Assembly (NCBI GenBank): GCA_033723415.1
Contig: JAWVXD010000003.1
Location: 306,178-370,177 of the forward strand
Source: Sulfurospirillaceae bacterium
GTDB taxonomy: Bacteria; Campylobacterota; Campylobacteria; Campylobacterales; Sulfurospirillaceae
DNA length: 64,000 nt
Direction: 5' to 3'
Every line of letters starts with the position of its first letter. The stretch's first letter is position 1. Of this stretch, positions 54,163 to 64,000 are shown piece after piece. The translations under genes and the position numbers were made by a program. Below the pieces are notes generated by a model, which saw only the letters and a list, made by a program, of their open reading frames with translations, was not told the origin of the DNA and searched no databases.

Positions 54163-54630
54163 TTGGGAATAGAGCAGGTTAGAGATTACTTACAAGATTG
54201 GGACATGGCAGGAAATATCCTAGAATTTGAAGTCTCCAGTGCCACAGTTGAACTTGCTGCACTTGCATTAAACACAGAAGAGGCAAGAATTGCAAAAACA
54301 TTATCTTTCTTGGTGGAAAATAAAGCTATTTTGATCGTAACCACCGGAGAAGTGAAAATTGATAATAAAAAATTCAAGCAAGAGTTCGGTTGTAAAGCGA
54401 AAATGCTCTCATTTGATATGGTACATGACATGATTGGACATGAAGTAGGTGGAGTTTGTCCATTCGGAGTAAAAGAAGGGGTAGATATATATTTGGATGT
54501 ATCACTACAAAATTATGATTTTATATATCCTGCTTGTGGAAGTGCCAACTCAGCGATCAAATTAACACATGAACAATTATATGACATATCAAAAGCTAAA
54601 AAATGGGTAGATGTGTGCAAGTTAAAATAA
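54163..54630 (+). CDS. YbaK/EbsC family aminoacyl-tRNA deacylase-like protein
   Basis: SSATVELAA, IAKTLSF, GHEVGGVCPFG, PACGS; TTG 54163 behind RBS aaggag. Confidence 0.88.
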   Translation: MGIEQVRDYLQDWDMAGNILEFEVSSATVELAALALNTEEARIAKTLSFLVENKAILIVTTGEVKIDNKKFKQEFGCKAKMLSFDMVHDMIGHEVGGVCPFGVKEGVDIYLDVSLQNYDFIYPACGSANSAIKLTHEQLYDISKAKKWVDVCKLK

Positions 54631-54699
54631 GATAATTTAGTACAAATCTCTTTTTAAAACATTTTTGCTACAATTGCGTAAAAAAAGAAGGTATTTTTT

Positions 54700-55938
54700 A
54701 TGTTGATATGGATTAGCTTGATATATACTATTTATGCACTTATAAAATTTTATGTTGCAGTTATGGAGATTGGTTTTGTAGTTAAAGCAAAAAAATCAAA
54801 ACCGATTATTTTAAGTGCTGCCAATTTTTTAAAAGCCGGCAATTATAAAATAGCAAATTCCAAGATGGAATTGATGAGTATATTATATGATTTGTTGATT
54901 TTCTTTTGGTGGTTTGATTTTGGATTGAATTTCTTGGATGGTACAATAACGGCTCAAAACGAGATAATTCGTTCCATTCTATTCGTAGATTCTTTTATAG
55001 CAGTAAATTACATCTTGTCATTGCCTTTTGATCTGTATAAAACGTTTTCACTAGATAAAAAATTTGGTTTTTCAAATATTGATTTTAAGACGTATCTTAT
55101 CGATCAGATAAAGGCAGCTTTGATATTTTTGATTTTTGGCTCACTTGTTATTGCTCTGATATCTTGGATCATGTTAACACTGACAAATTGGTGGGTATGG
55201 GGTTTTGCAGCAGTCTTTGTTATCGTACTCTTTATAAATATGATATATCCGACTTTGATAGCACCTATATTCAACAAATTCTCACCTCTTGAGGATGAAG
55301 AATTGAAAAACTCTATAGAAGAGTTATTGAAAAAAGCAGGTCTAAAGAGTAGTGGAGTTTTCAGCCTTGATGCAAGTAAGAGAGACAGCAGACTAAATGC
55401 ATACTTTGGAGGACTCGGTAAATCTAAAAGAGTTGTCCTGTTTGATACATTGATAGCAAAGTTAGAAAAGAATGAGCTTTTAGCGGTTTTAGGACATGAG
55501 TTGGGACATTTCAAGCATAAAGATATAATTAAAAATATAGCCTCTAGCGGACTTATGTTGTTTGTTATGTTCGCTATATTCGGAAATTTACCAAAAGATA
55601 TATTCTTAGATCTTGGTATTAGTAATGGTATTTATATGAATATTATATTTTTCTTGCTGTTCTCTCCGGTACTATCTTTTTTATTTATGCCTATTTTTGG
55701 CTTGATAAGTAGGAAAAATGAGTATGCCGCTGATGCTTATGGAAGTGAATGCGAAAGTAAAGAAGCTCTATCCTCTGCTTTAATGAAACTGGCAGATGAA
55801 AATAAAAGTTTCCCATATTCACATCCTTTGAGTATTATTTTGTATTTTACACATCCACCGTTGGTTGAGAGACTAAAGAGACTCGGTGTAGACGTAGAAT
55901 CAAATAAAACCTTTATGGAAGAGAATTGCCAAAACTAA
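54700..55938 (+). CDS. M48 family (Ste24-like) membrane zinc protease
   Basis: NAYFGG, AVLGHELGH, SRKNEYAAD, THPPLVERL; extended -10 tgctacaat at 54666-54674. Confidence 0.92.
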   Translation: MLIWISLIYTIYALIKFYVAVMEIGFVVKAKKSKPIILSAANFLKAGNYKIANSKMELMSILYDLLIFFWWFDFGLNFLDGTITAQNEIIRSILFVDSFIAVNYILSLPFDLYKTFSLDKKFGFSNIDFKTYLIDQIKAALIFLIFGSLVIALISWIMLTLTNWWVWGFAAVFVIVLFINMIYPTLIAPIFNKFSPLEDEELKNSIEELLKKAGLKSSGVFSLDASKRDSRLNAYFGGLGKSKRVVLFDTLIAKLEKNELLAVLGHELGHFKHKDIIKNIASSGLMLFVMFAIFGNLPKDIFLDLGISNGIYMNIIFFLLFSPVLSFLFMPIFGLISRKNEYAADAYGSECESKEALSSALMKLADENKSFPYSHPLSIILYFTHPPLVERLKRLGVDVESNKTFMEENCQN

Positions 55939-56735
55939 AAGATATTGTAAATGGCTTTTCTAAAGAGTTAATAGATATTTGTGAAAACCCAAAAAAAGAG
56001 GTAAAAACATTGCTTTGTGCCTCTTTGGACAAAGATATCTTGTGGCTCATGACACATGATAATGAAGATATTGATATTCCAAAAGATTTTTTGAACAATA
56101 TAGAGAAGAGAAAAAAATCAATTCCTTTGGAATATATATTAAATAAAGCATCATTTTTTTCTTCTGAATTTTATGTTGATGATCGTGTTTTGATACCTCG
56201 TCCAGAAACTGAATTGTTAGTTGAAAAAGTAGTAAATAGATGCAAAGATATTGAAGATATAACTATAGCAGAGATAGGTACTGGAAGCGGTATTATCTCC
56301 ATAATGCTATCTTTGCTTTTACCCAAAGCACAAATTATAGCTACAGATCTTTCAAAAGAAGCACTTGAAGTTGCACAAATCAATGCTAACAAACATGGTG
56401 TAAATGAAAGAATTAAATTTGTAAATTGTAATTTACTAGATGATGTTCATGAGCATATTGATATATTAGTCTCAAATCCTCCATATATAAAAGATGATGA
56501 GATATTGGATAAAAACTTATCATATGAACCAAATTTAGCACTTTATGGAGGGGTTGTAGGAGATGAAATACTTAAAAAGATTATTGATATAGCGATAAAT
56601 AAAAAGGTATTATTACTGGCATGTGAAATGGGATATGATCAAAGAGATAAAATTAGTGAATATTTACACAAATTTGATTTGAAAGCTGAATTTTATAGGG
56701 ATTATACGGGTTTAGATAGAGGGTTTTTACTTTGA
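55926..56735 (+). CDS. prmC: Release factor glutamine methyltransferase
   Basis: VLIPRPETE, EIGTGSG, VSNPPY. Confidence 0.93.
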   Translation: MPKLKDIVNGFSKELIDICENPKKEVKTLLCASLDKDILWLMTHDNEDIDIPKDFLNNIEKRKKSIPLEYILNKASFFSSEFYVDDRVLIPRPETELLVEKVVNRCKDIEDITIAEIGTGSGIISIMLSLLLPKAQIIATDLSKEALEVAQINANKHGVNERIKFVNCNLLDDVHEHIDILVSNPPYIKDDEILDKNLSYEPNLALYGGVVGDEILKKIIDIAINKKVLLLACEMGYDQRDKISEYLHKFDLKAEFYRDYTGLDRGFLL

Positions 56736-56773
56736 AAATCAGCACACAGAATTTTTTCCTGTGTGCTGGTTTT
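56735..56773. terminator. Bidirectional rho-independent terminator between convergent prmC and ftsZ
   Basis: aaaatcagcacacag / ctgtgtgctggtttt inverted repeat flanked by A and T runs. Confidence 0.85.
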
Positions 56774-56774
56774 A

Positions 56775-57902
56775 TTAATCCATTTGATGTCGTATATAGG
56801 TCGGTATTTCAAGATAATCATCTTGACTTTCATAGCCACCACTGACTTTCTTCATTCTCATAATTCTTTCTTTTTTAATTGCTTCTTGAGTAGGATCAAG
56901 TAGTTTTAATTCTCTTGTTTCTTCTAATTTATTGTCAAAGCCTGTTGCCACTATAGTTACTTTTACTTTATTGTCTTCCATATTTTCATCTGTCGTAGTT
57001 CCAAATATAACATCTGCGTCTTCATCAGCACTTTCATGAACAATAATCATAGCATCCCTTATCTCAGAAATAGGGCAGCTAGGAGATATATGAAAATGAA
57101 CTAGTACTCCAAGTGCACCATCTATTGACATATTGTCAAGTAAAGGAGATTCTATAGCACTTTTAATAGCTTCAACTGCTGCACCTTCACCTGAGCTTTC
57201 ACCAACACCCATGAGTGCCATACCGCGATGGCTCATAACAGTTTGGACATCTGCAAAGTCTAAGTTAATATCGCTTTGACCGGATGATAATACAACCAAG
57301 CTCATACCGCTTACCGCACGACTAAGAACATCATCAACTATTTTAAAACTATCTTTTATACCTAAACTTTTATCAACAATAGAGAGCAATTTATCATTTG
57401 GAATAACAACTATCGAATCACTTTCTTTTTTTAAATCACTTAGACCTATTTCAGCAAGTTTAGCTCTTTTTCTACCTTCAAACATAAATGGTTTTGTTAC
57501 AACTGAAACGGTTAGTGCTCCTATTTCTTTGGCAGCCTGAGCGATTACAGGAGCAGCTCCTGTCCCTGTACCTCCGCCAAAACCAGAAGCAATAAATACG
57601 ATATCAGCATTTTCTAAAGCACATTTGATCTCTTCATAACTCTCAAGTGCCGATTCTTTTCCGACTGTAGGTACCATTCCTGCACCTAGTCCTTTTGTTT
57701 TTTTCTCTCCGAGTTGTATTTTTGTTCCTGCGAGTGAATGATCAAGCGCTTGAGCATCAGTATTAGCTGCTATTAAGTCAATCCCGCTTATGCCCTCTCT
57801 TATCATGTGGTTGATCATATTTCCACCACCGCCACCTACGCCTATAACTTTTATCTTCGCGCCATATGTGTATTTTGATTCTTCAATGCTAAAGCCGCTC
57901 AT
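56775..57902 (-). CDS. ftsZ: Cell division protein FtsZ
   Basis: GVGGGGGN, GGGTGTG, INLDFADV, C-terminal EIPTYIR. Confidence 0.98.
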   Translation of the reverse strand: MSGFSIEESKYTYGAKIKVIGVGGGGGNMINHMIREGISGIDLIAANTDAQALDHSLAGTKIQLGEKKTKGLGAGMVPTVGKESALESYEEIKCALENADIVFIASGFGGGTGTGAAPVIAQAAKEIGALTVSVVTKPFMFEGRKRAKLAEIGLSDLKKESDSIVVIPNDKLLSIVDKSLGIKDSFKIVDDVLSRAVSGMSLVVLSSGQSDINLDFADVQTVMSHRGMALMGVGESSGEGAAVEAIKSAIESPLLDNMSIDGALGVLVHFHISPSCPISEIRDAMIIVHESADEDADVIFGTTTDENMEDNKVKVTIVATGFDNKLEETRELKLLDPTQEAIKKERIMRMKKVSGGYESQDDYLEIPTYIRHQMD

Positions 57903-57915
57903 AACTTTGCTCCTC

Positions 57916-59280
57916 TTAAAATAGTTGTGTTAGTCGGTTCCATAAACTTGTAAAGAAACCATTTTTTTCATCTTTTTCATTAATAATAGCAATATTTGCT
58001 AGTTTATCTTTGGTACTCATCATCTCTTCACTTTTCTCTATCAGCTCTGGTTCATCTTCAAAAAGTGCATTTTGAATATTTTTTTCTGAATCTATTATCT
58101 CATTTTTATATCTTAACTTTTTATTTGAATCAATCTCATAAGGTGTGAAATAACCACCACCATACAAAACTAAACCTATAGCTGTCGAATAACTTGGATC
58201 TCTTAAAGTTTCAAAAAGACCTTCCATCTCTCTAGGCTTTGCAACTCTAGTCGGTAGATTATCAAATATAGCTGTTGCCAATTCTCTTATATTTGCTATT
58301 TTTGTTAGTCCACCTGTCAGTACAATTCCTGCTCCAACTTGGTCTTTAAAACCGCTATCCTCAAGCATTTTAGCTAGTATCATAAGTGTCTCTTCAACTC
58401 TAACATAAATAACATTAGATATTATATCTAAAGAAACCTCATGTGTCGAGCCATCGTCTCCGATTACAGGTAATTCTATGAGTTCGCTTGAATTATTATC
58501 TAAAGTTCCATATTTTATTTTCATTTTTTCTGCCGCTGTTAGCGGAGTGTGTAATGCTGTTGATAGATCATTTGTTATATTATTAGAGCCTACGCCAAGA
58601 TAGTCGTTATATCTTAAAGAATTCCCAGCATGTATGATCATATCACAGGTAGCACCACCCATGTCTATAACTACAACGCCAAGTTCTCGCTCATCTTCAT
58701 TTACTACGGCTATTGCCGAAGCATAGCCTGATAGTACAATATTATCAATCTTTACGCCGGCTAACTTCGCAGCTTTTGCAAGATTGCTGAGTGAGGATTT
58801 TTGTACGGTTATGATGTGTGCTTGAACTTCAAGGCGCGAACCGTTCATACCGAGCGGATCTTCTATAAATTCTTGATCATCGACTTTGAAGTTAAACGGC
58901 AGAATATGAAGTTTTTCATACTCGTTTGGTATATTTGCATTGTGATCGGCCATCTGCATGGCTCTACTAATCTCTTTTATACCGATGTCATGATTTGGTA
59001 TATTGACGACACCAGTGCTTTCTACGCTTTTAGTGTATGCTCCGGAAATAGAAACCAAAACGGTTTCATATTGGGTCCCTGCAACTCTTTTCGCGTCATT
59101 TAAAGCATTTTTGATTGAGTTGGAAGCCAAGTCGATATTTGTAATAATCCCTTTTTTAAGACCTTGAGATTTTGCAATCCCGGCCCCTAGGATTTTGATA
59201 TCGCCTTCACTATTCTTTTGTGCTATTATCGCGCAAATTTTAGTGGATCCTATATCTATACCTAATATTGTTGTACTCAA
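57916..59280 (-). CDS. ftsA: Cell division protein FtsA
   Basis: GIDIGSTKI, IDMGGAT, AEKMKIKYG, VLTGG. Confidence 0.96.
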   Translation of the reverse strand: MSTTILGIDIGSTKICAIIAQKNSEGDIKILGAGIAKSQGLKKGIITNIDLASNSIKNALNDAKRVAGTQYETVLVSISGAYTKSVESTGVVNIPNHDIGIKEISRAMQMADHNANIPNEYEKLHILPFNFKVDDQEFIEDPLGMNGSRLEVQAHIITVQKSSLSNLAKAAKLAGVKIDNIVLSGYASAIAVVNEDERELGVVVIDMGGATCDMIIHAGNSLRYNDYLGVGSNNITNDLSTALHTPLTAAEKMKIKYGTLDNNSSELIELPVIGDDGSTHEVSLDIISNVIYVRVEETLMILAKMLEDSGFKDQVGAGIVLTGGLTKIANIRELATAIFDNLPTRVAKPREMEGLFETLRDPSYSTAIGLVLYGGGYFTPYEIDSNKKLRYKNEIIDSEKNIQNALFEDEPELIEKSEEMMSTKDKLANIAIINEKDEKNGFFTSLWNRLTQLF

Positions 59281-60741
59281 CTACTTTCCTTTATAGTACT
59301 GCTCTACTTTGTAAATCGTACTAAGCTTTGCTAACAAGTTCTTGTATAGCTCCGCTTTTTTATTTTGTGTTATGCTTTGTGTTATTATATTTTTATATTG
59401 CTTTAACTTCTCTTCATTAAGCAACTTTTGTTCCAAAACTCTGTACATTGCCACTTTATTTCCGAAAATTTCATACCCTTTTAGCTTTGGTTGATCAAAT
59501 ACAAAGTTAATGAACTTACTGCTTTGTGCACTAGTTAGACCATCTATATTAACTAATGAATCTCTACTAACAAAACCAATATCTTGTCCATTAAATAGAT
59601 CTAATCTTGCTGATGCTTTTTTCTTTAATTCTGTGTCAAGTTTGTTTTGTAAGTATGTTTGGGTAGCAAATTGTTTTGCTTCTGCAAAGGTCATAACTCT
59701 TGGTAGTAATACTTTTTTCAGCTTAACTATAAGGTAGCCATCACTCATGGCAATTGGTTTCAAAACTTCACCCTGATTTAGTACTCTTAATTCTTTTACA
59801 GGGAAAGTCTTGTCATCATCAAATACTGTTTTTGTGCCGTTGGCAGCAATTTCGCCTTTTTTAAACTTCAAATATGTCTCAAGAGCCGTTCTTTTATCTT
59901 CTTTTAATTTAAAATCTAAAATAGTTCTTTGTTTTGCTTTCTCAAAACTTAGTATTTTCCCTCCTTTGTCTTTGTAAAGGTATTTTTTCTTTTCCCAGAA
60001 TTTTTTTAATTCATTGTCACTAGGAATTTTGGAATCAAGAGAAACTTTTATAGTATCCAGGATATACTGTTTTTTTGTCTTATAATCTGCTTTGTTTTTC
60101 TCCCAGAATTTCTTCAATTCATCATTGTTTATTGCTATGTCAGATGGATTTATTGAAATGGTTGAAACCATTAGCTTATCTTGCATAAATATAGACGAAC
60201 CAAAAACTTCTATTTCTTTTTTTGATACAGGCAAGTCTAAAACATCTTGTAATTTAGCTAAAAGTAACTGTTTTTTTAGACCTTCTTCGTAATCTTTAGC
60301 TGTTATTCTCTGGTTTCTAAGGATATTATAATATCTATCTTTATTAAATACTCCCTCAACTTGGAAATTTTTATCATTGATCAATGCATTTTCAATGTCT
60401 TTCTTTGAAACAGAAAAGCCTAGATTATTTGCAAAATTTAATAATAGAGCTTCATTTATGATATTTTGCATAACAATTTTCTCTAATCCCATTTTTTTGG
60501 CATTTTCTTGTGTTAGCTTTCCACCTAATTGTTGGTTGTAGTAATTAAAATTATTTTCATAAGCCATCTGAAACTCTTGCACACTAATGTTTCTATTCCC
60601 TACCTTCGCTACTGATTTTGCTCTATTTGTGTTAAGATCATATGCTCCCCAGCCAACAAAACCGGCGCCTATAAACGCTATTGTCGCAACCCATATCGTG
60701 ATAACTAAATACTTTTGGCGATGCTGCATCCAAGTAATCAT
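59281..60741 (-). CDS. PpiD/SurA-N family periplasmic chaperone
   Basis: MITWMQ...IWVATIAFIGAGFVGWG anchor, VAKVG, FQVEGVFNKDRY; upstream of ftsA. Confidence 0.85.
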   Translation of the reverse strand: MITWMQHRQKYLVITIWVATIAFIGAGFVGWGAYDLNTNRAKSVAKVGNRNISVQEFQMAYENNFNYYNQQLGGKLTQENAKKMGLEKIVMQNIINEALLLNFANNLGFSVSKKDIENALINDKNFQVEGVFNKDRYYNILRNQRITAKDYEEGLKKQLLLAKLQDVLDLPVSKKEIEVFGSSIFMQDKLMVSTISINPSDIAINNDELKKFWEKNKADYKTKKQYILDTIKVSLDSKIPSDNELKKFWEKKKYLYKDKGGKILSFEKAKQRTILDFKLKEDKRTALETYLKFKKGEIAANGTKTVFDDDKTFPVKELRVLNQGEVLKPIAMSDGYLIVKLKKVLLPRVMTFAEAKQFATQTYLQNKLDTELKKKASARLDLFNGQDIGFVSRDSLVNIDGLTSAQSSKFINFVFDQPKLKGYEIFGNKVAMYRVLEQKLLNEEKLKQYKNIITQSITQNKKAELYKNLLAKLSTIYKVEQYYKGK

Positions 60742-60830
60742 TCTATTCCTTCTGTTAGTGCAGAGAGTGCACTATAAATTTGCTATAATTCTACCTTTAA
60801 AGTTATTAAATATCGCTAAGGACAAGTAGT

Positions 60831-61455
60831 ATAACTAATGAAAAATTGATGAGTGAGGATTTAATATACATATTTCATCCTTGTTCACAATTGAAAGACC
60901 ATGAAAGTACACAATTGATTCTCATTAAAAAAGAAAAAAACGCTTATATTTTTGGTTTTAACTGGAGAGCATTATTTTGATCATATTAAAAGCTGGTGCG
61001 CAAATATTTTAAAAAGAAAGGAAAAAACAGACATCTTTTTGTACCATTTAAGTATTTATATAATGGTGAAACAATGGGTGTGTTAGCTGTTAGTGAATAG
61101 TAGAAATTAGAAGATAATGAGAGTAACAGTGACTACTCTTGCGTGTTCAGTATTAAATATCTTTGTAAAGTAAAAATGTTATAGAAAAAATAGTTGAGTG
61201 ACAATTTTGCATAAATCTTTAAAGAATTTCCATATATTAATGAGGTTGGAGGACGCTAGGTATGATATGTGCAATTCAATCGAAAAAATACTCCAAGGAA
61301 GAAAAAATAGTACTTAAACTTTTTCAATAATATCTTCAAAACGGTATTTATGTAAGGCCTCTTTGTAATGTTATATATTTAATCTTACCATATTATTATA
61401 ACTAATTAAAGAGATCAAAAAAATGGTTAATGTCATTAGTGGGCTTCTTAAGATG
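60831..61455 (+). pseudogene. bioA: Decayed adenosylmethionine-8-amino-7-oxononanoate transaminase (bioA) pseudogene
   Basis: Collinear fragments in different frames: FHPCSQLKDHE, YFDHIKSWCANI, YNGETMGVLAVS, RTLGMICAI, GIYVRPLCNVIY; putative start mutated to ATA; stops, frameshifts and large deletions; end coordinate approximate. Confidence 0.8.
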
Positions 61456-61599
61456 AATATAAAAAATACGGAACCAAAATGGAACCTTAGCTGTGTTATA
61501 CTAACCATAGTTGTGTTGTATTTAGACATAGAATCTAATATATAATTTAGTATAATTTACTATAATTGTATTTTTAGAAAAAACAAAAGGTCATAATAA

Positions 61600-62511
61600 G
61601 TGAAAATTCCACATACTCCGGTTTTGTTATCAGAAGTCAAGGATGTTTTTGTAAATGTCAATGAAGGCTATATTATTGATTGCACGGTAGGTTATGGTGG
61701 GCACAGTGAAGCTTTGTTGGAACAAAATAAAAAAATAAAGTTGATTTGTTGTGATCAAGATGAAATGTCTATCAATTTTAGTAAAAAAAGATTGGAAAGA
61801 TTTAAAGATAGAGTGATATTTGAGCATGCAAGGTTTTCTACTGTAATTTCAAAATATGGTGACTTACCTATAAGAGGAGTATTGGCAGATATTGGAGTTT
61901 CTTCTTTGCAATTGGATAATGAGAAGCGAGGATTTGGCTTTAATAGTGAGATATTAGATATGAGGATGAGCTCAAGCAACACTTTGATGGCATATGATGT
62001 AGTAAATGATTATCCAAGAAAAGAACTTGAAGATATATTCCGGGATTATGGAGAAGTCCGAGATTTTAAAAAAGCTGCTAAAATAATATGTGATGAGAGG
62101 GAAAAAGGACCAATAAAAAGTGCCAAGCAGTTAAGCAGTATATTTAAAAATTTTCCTTCAAAAAAAGGTATCAATCCTGCAACTCTTATCTTTCAGGCGA
62201 TTAGAATTGAAGTGAATGATGAGTTAGGTGAGTTGGGTGAGTTATTAAAAACAATTGAAAATTCACACTTGAGTGATTGTATAGTTGCAATCATATCTTT
62301 TCATTCACTTGAAGATAGAATAGTAAAACGAGTTTTTAAAGAGTTTGAAAAAAACTGTATTTGTCCAAGTGGAGTTATGAAATGTACTTGTGGCAACAAT
62401 CACTCTTTAGGCAAAATATTAACAAAAAAACCGATAATTCCTACAAAGAAAGAGATAAATGAAAATCCAAGAAGTAGAAGTTCAAAAATGAGAGTATTTA
62501 AAATATCATGA
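61600..62511 (+). CDS. rsmH: 16S rRNA m4C1402 methyltransferase
   Basis: HTPVLL, DCTVGYGGHS, DIGVSSLQLD, FQAIRIEVNDEL, NPRSRSSK. Confidence 0.97.
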   Translation: MKIPHTPVLLSEVKDVFVNVNEGYIIDCTVGYGGHSEALLEQNKKIKLICCDQDEMSINFSKKRLERFKDRVIFEHARFSTVISKYGDLPIRGVLADIGVSSLQLDNEKRGFGFNSEILDMRMSSSNTLMAYDVVNDYPRKELEDIFRDYGEVRDFKKAAKIICDEREKGPIKSAKQLSSIFKNFPSKKGINPATLIFQAIRIEVNDELGELGELLKTIENSHLSDCIVAIISFHSLEDRIVKRVFKEFEKNCICPSGVMKCTCGNNHSLGKILTKKPIIPTKKEINENPRSRSSKMRVFKIS

Positions 62512-62798
62512 GCGAGAGAAATTTAGGTAGAGAACAACTTCTAAATGAGATAGACAATGAACTTGTTGAAGAAAAAAATTTAGATTTTAAGCTACTGCTT
62601 ACCGTATATCTTAGTATATTCGTAGGCTTGCTGGTGATTTTACCGAATATTTATATAAAAAATGAAATATATTATATAAGCAGAAATATAAGTAAATTAT
62701 CTAGTGAATACTCGGTACTCCAAGAAGAAAATAGATTTTTAAAACAAAAAGTTGAAAATATTAAATTTAAAAACCAAGTCTTAGATACAGTTTTTTAG
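62508..62798 (+). CDS. Small bitopic coiled-coil protein, FtsL-like by position
   Basis: Cytoplasmic N-terminus, one TM, leucine heptads; overlaps the rsmH stop. Confidence 0.6.
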   Translation: MSERNLGREQLLNEIDNELVEEKNLDFKLLLTVYLSIFVGLLVILPNIYIKNEIYYISRNISKLSSEYSVLQEENRFLKQKVENIKFKNQVLDTVF

Positions 62799-62902
62799 TT
62801 CTAAGGCTAGCTTTAATAAATAGATTAGATATAAATTTAAGTAATAATAAATTCATTTCTTAGGATAATTGTCTTATTATCACATATTAGGGGGGGTATT
62901 AC

Positions 62903-64000
62903 ATGACTATAGGGAAGAGGATCTTTGTTCCATTATCGATTTTGGTTGTTTTATTTATTTCTGCATTGGCGGCAAATTATTATTATACTTCTGCGAAAGA
63001 AAAGAAGTCTATATATAAAGATGAGATAAAAAAACTCACGATATTTTTCAACAAAGAGTATAAAGTAAAAGAAGATTTTGGATTAACAAATGCAATAATG
63101 TTAAGTGGCAATGAGTTTGTAACGTCAATGATGATGGATGGATCTAAGGACTACACGGAAAAAGGTTTAAAAGGATTATTGGCTGAGTTTAAAAAAGATA
63201 CTGATCTTAAAAATGTCAAAATACAAATACACGACCCAACTGCATACAGTATGCTGAGAGTTTGGGATCCTACAAAATTTGGAGATAATCTATCTTCTTA
63301 TAGAAAAACCATTTTGCATGTTATAAAAACAAAGAAACCCCTTGTTGCAATTGAAATAGGACCTCTTGGACTAGTCTTACGTGGAGTAGCACCAATTATA
63401 GAAGATCATTCATATCTAGGTTCAGTAGAATTTATACAAGGCTTTAATTCAATTTTAAAAGATGCTAAGCGAGAAAAGAAAGAAGTTATAATAGTGATGA
63501 AGAAACAATACCTAAACATTGCAACAGCATTAAAAAAATCGGAAATGTTAGGTGATTATGTATTGGCTGTTCATAAGAAAAACATTAATTTAGAGTTTAT
63601 GAATGAATTAAAAGGCATCGACATAAGTAAAAGTAACACTCTATTAAAAAGCAAAAATTATATCTTTGTCTCAGTGCCTATGAAAGATTTTAGCGGTAAG
63701 ATTGTCGGATATGCGCTGGTGGGACAAAATAAAAAAATAGTAAATAAAGTAGTAGATAGTTCTATGGATAGTGTATTTGATCAAATAGTTGCCTCTTTAA
63801 TAGCATTTCTTGCATTTATGTTAATTTTATATTTTATTATCAAAAAAGCAGTTTTAACTCCTTTGTCGAACCTAACCCAAAGAGCGAAAGAGCTTTCAAG
63901 CGGGGATGGGGACTTGACTCAGAAATTAGAAGTAAACGGGAATGATGAGATAGCACTTGCAAGTATAGAGATAAATAACTTTATAGAGAAAGTAAGAGTC
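62903..64000 (+). CDS. Methyl-accepting chemotaxis protein (Cache-type sensor plus HAMP), 3' end truncated by window
   Basis: Open frame from ATG 62903 (MTIGKRIFVPLSILVVLF...): TM1, periplasmic FGDNLSSYRKTI / LRGVAPI / LGSVEF, TM2, HAMP ELSSGDGDLTQKLEVNGNDEI; absent from the ORF track because it has no stop in the window. Confidence 0.88.
   Translation, partial: MTIGKRIFVPLSILVVLFISALAANYYYTSAKEKKSIYKDEIKKLTIFFNKEYKVKEDFGLTNAIMLSGNEFVTSMMMDGSKDYTEKGLKGLLAEFKKDTDLKNVKIQIHDPTAYSMLRVWDPTKFGDNLSSYRKTILHVIKTKKPLVAIEIGPLGLVLRGVAPIIEDHSYLGSVEFIQGFNSILKDAKREKKEVIIVMKKQYLNIATALKKSEMLGDYVLAVHKKNINLEFMNELKGIDISKSNTLLKSKNYIFVSVPMKDFSGKIVGYALVGQNKKIVNKVVDSSMDSVFDQIVASLIAFLAFMLILYFIIKKAVLTPLSNLTQRAKELSSGDGDLTQKLEVNGNDEIALASIEINNFIEKVRV

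Overview
AT-rich, gene-dense chromosomal window from a member of the Campylobacterota (Epsilonproteobacteria). The gene content suggests a free-living Sulfurospirillum-like organism (inference from protein sequences and gene order). It is mostly conserved housekeeping blocks: dnaE; trkA-trkH-flgS; rodA; rluD-flpA-trmB-ftsEX-envC; pyrH-rpoZ-spoT-tyrS-fabX-amiA; aspS-adk; folD-lepB-rpiB-apt-trpB-pepA-ychF; purH; ppiD-ftsA-ftsZ; rsmH; one tRNA(CAT); and a partial chemoreceptor. No CRISPR array, prophage, integrase or transposase was seen. Five things stand out. (1) A two-hairpin intergenic element occurs as a 79-bp tandem pair in the dnaE leader, with compensatory base changes between copies, and again upstream of rpoZ-spoT; it is a candidate structured RNA or REP-like family. 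(2) A TonB cassette links an OprC-type copper receptor to a CcoG/NapH-like polyferredoxin membrane protein with a His/Met tail and a second receptor. (3) A DUF1538 / PII-like / CBS putative regulated-transporter module is attached to the trk-flgS operon. (4) A heavily decayed bioA pseudogene, missed by the ORF track, lies between ppiD and rsmH. (5) Two different adenylate kinases are present. All product calls come from motif recognition by eye; no database searches were run.
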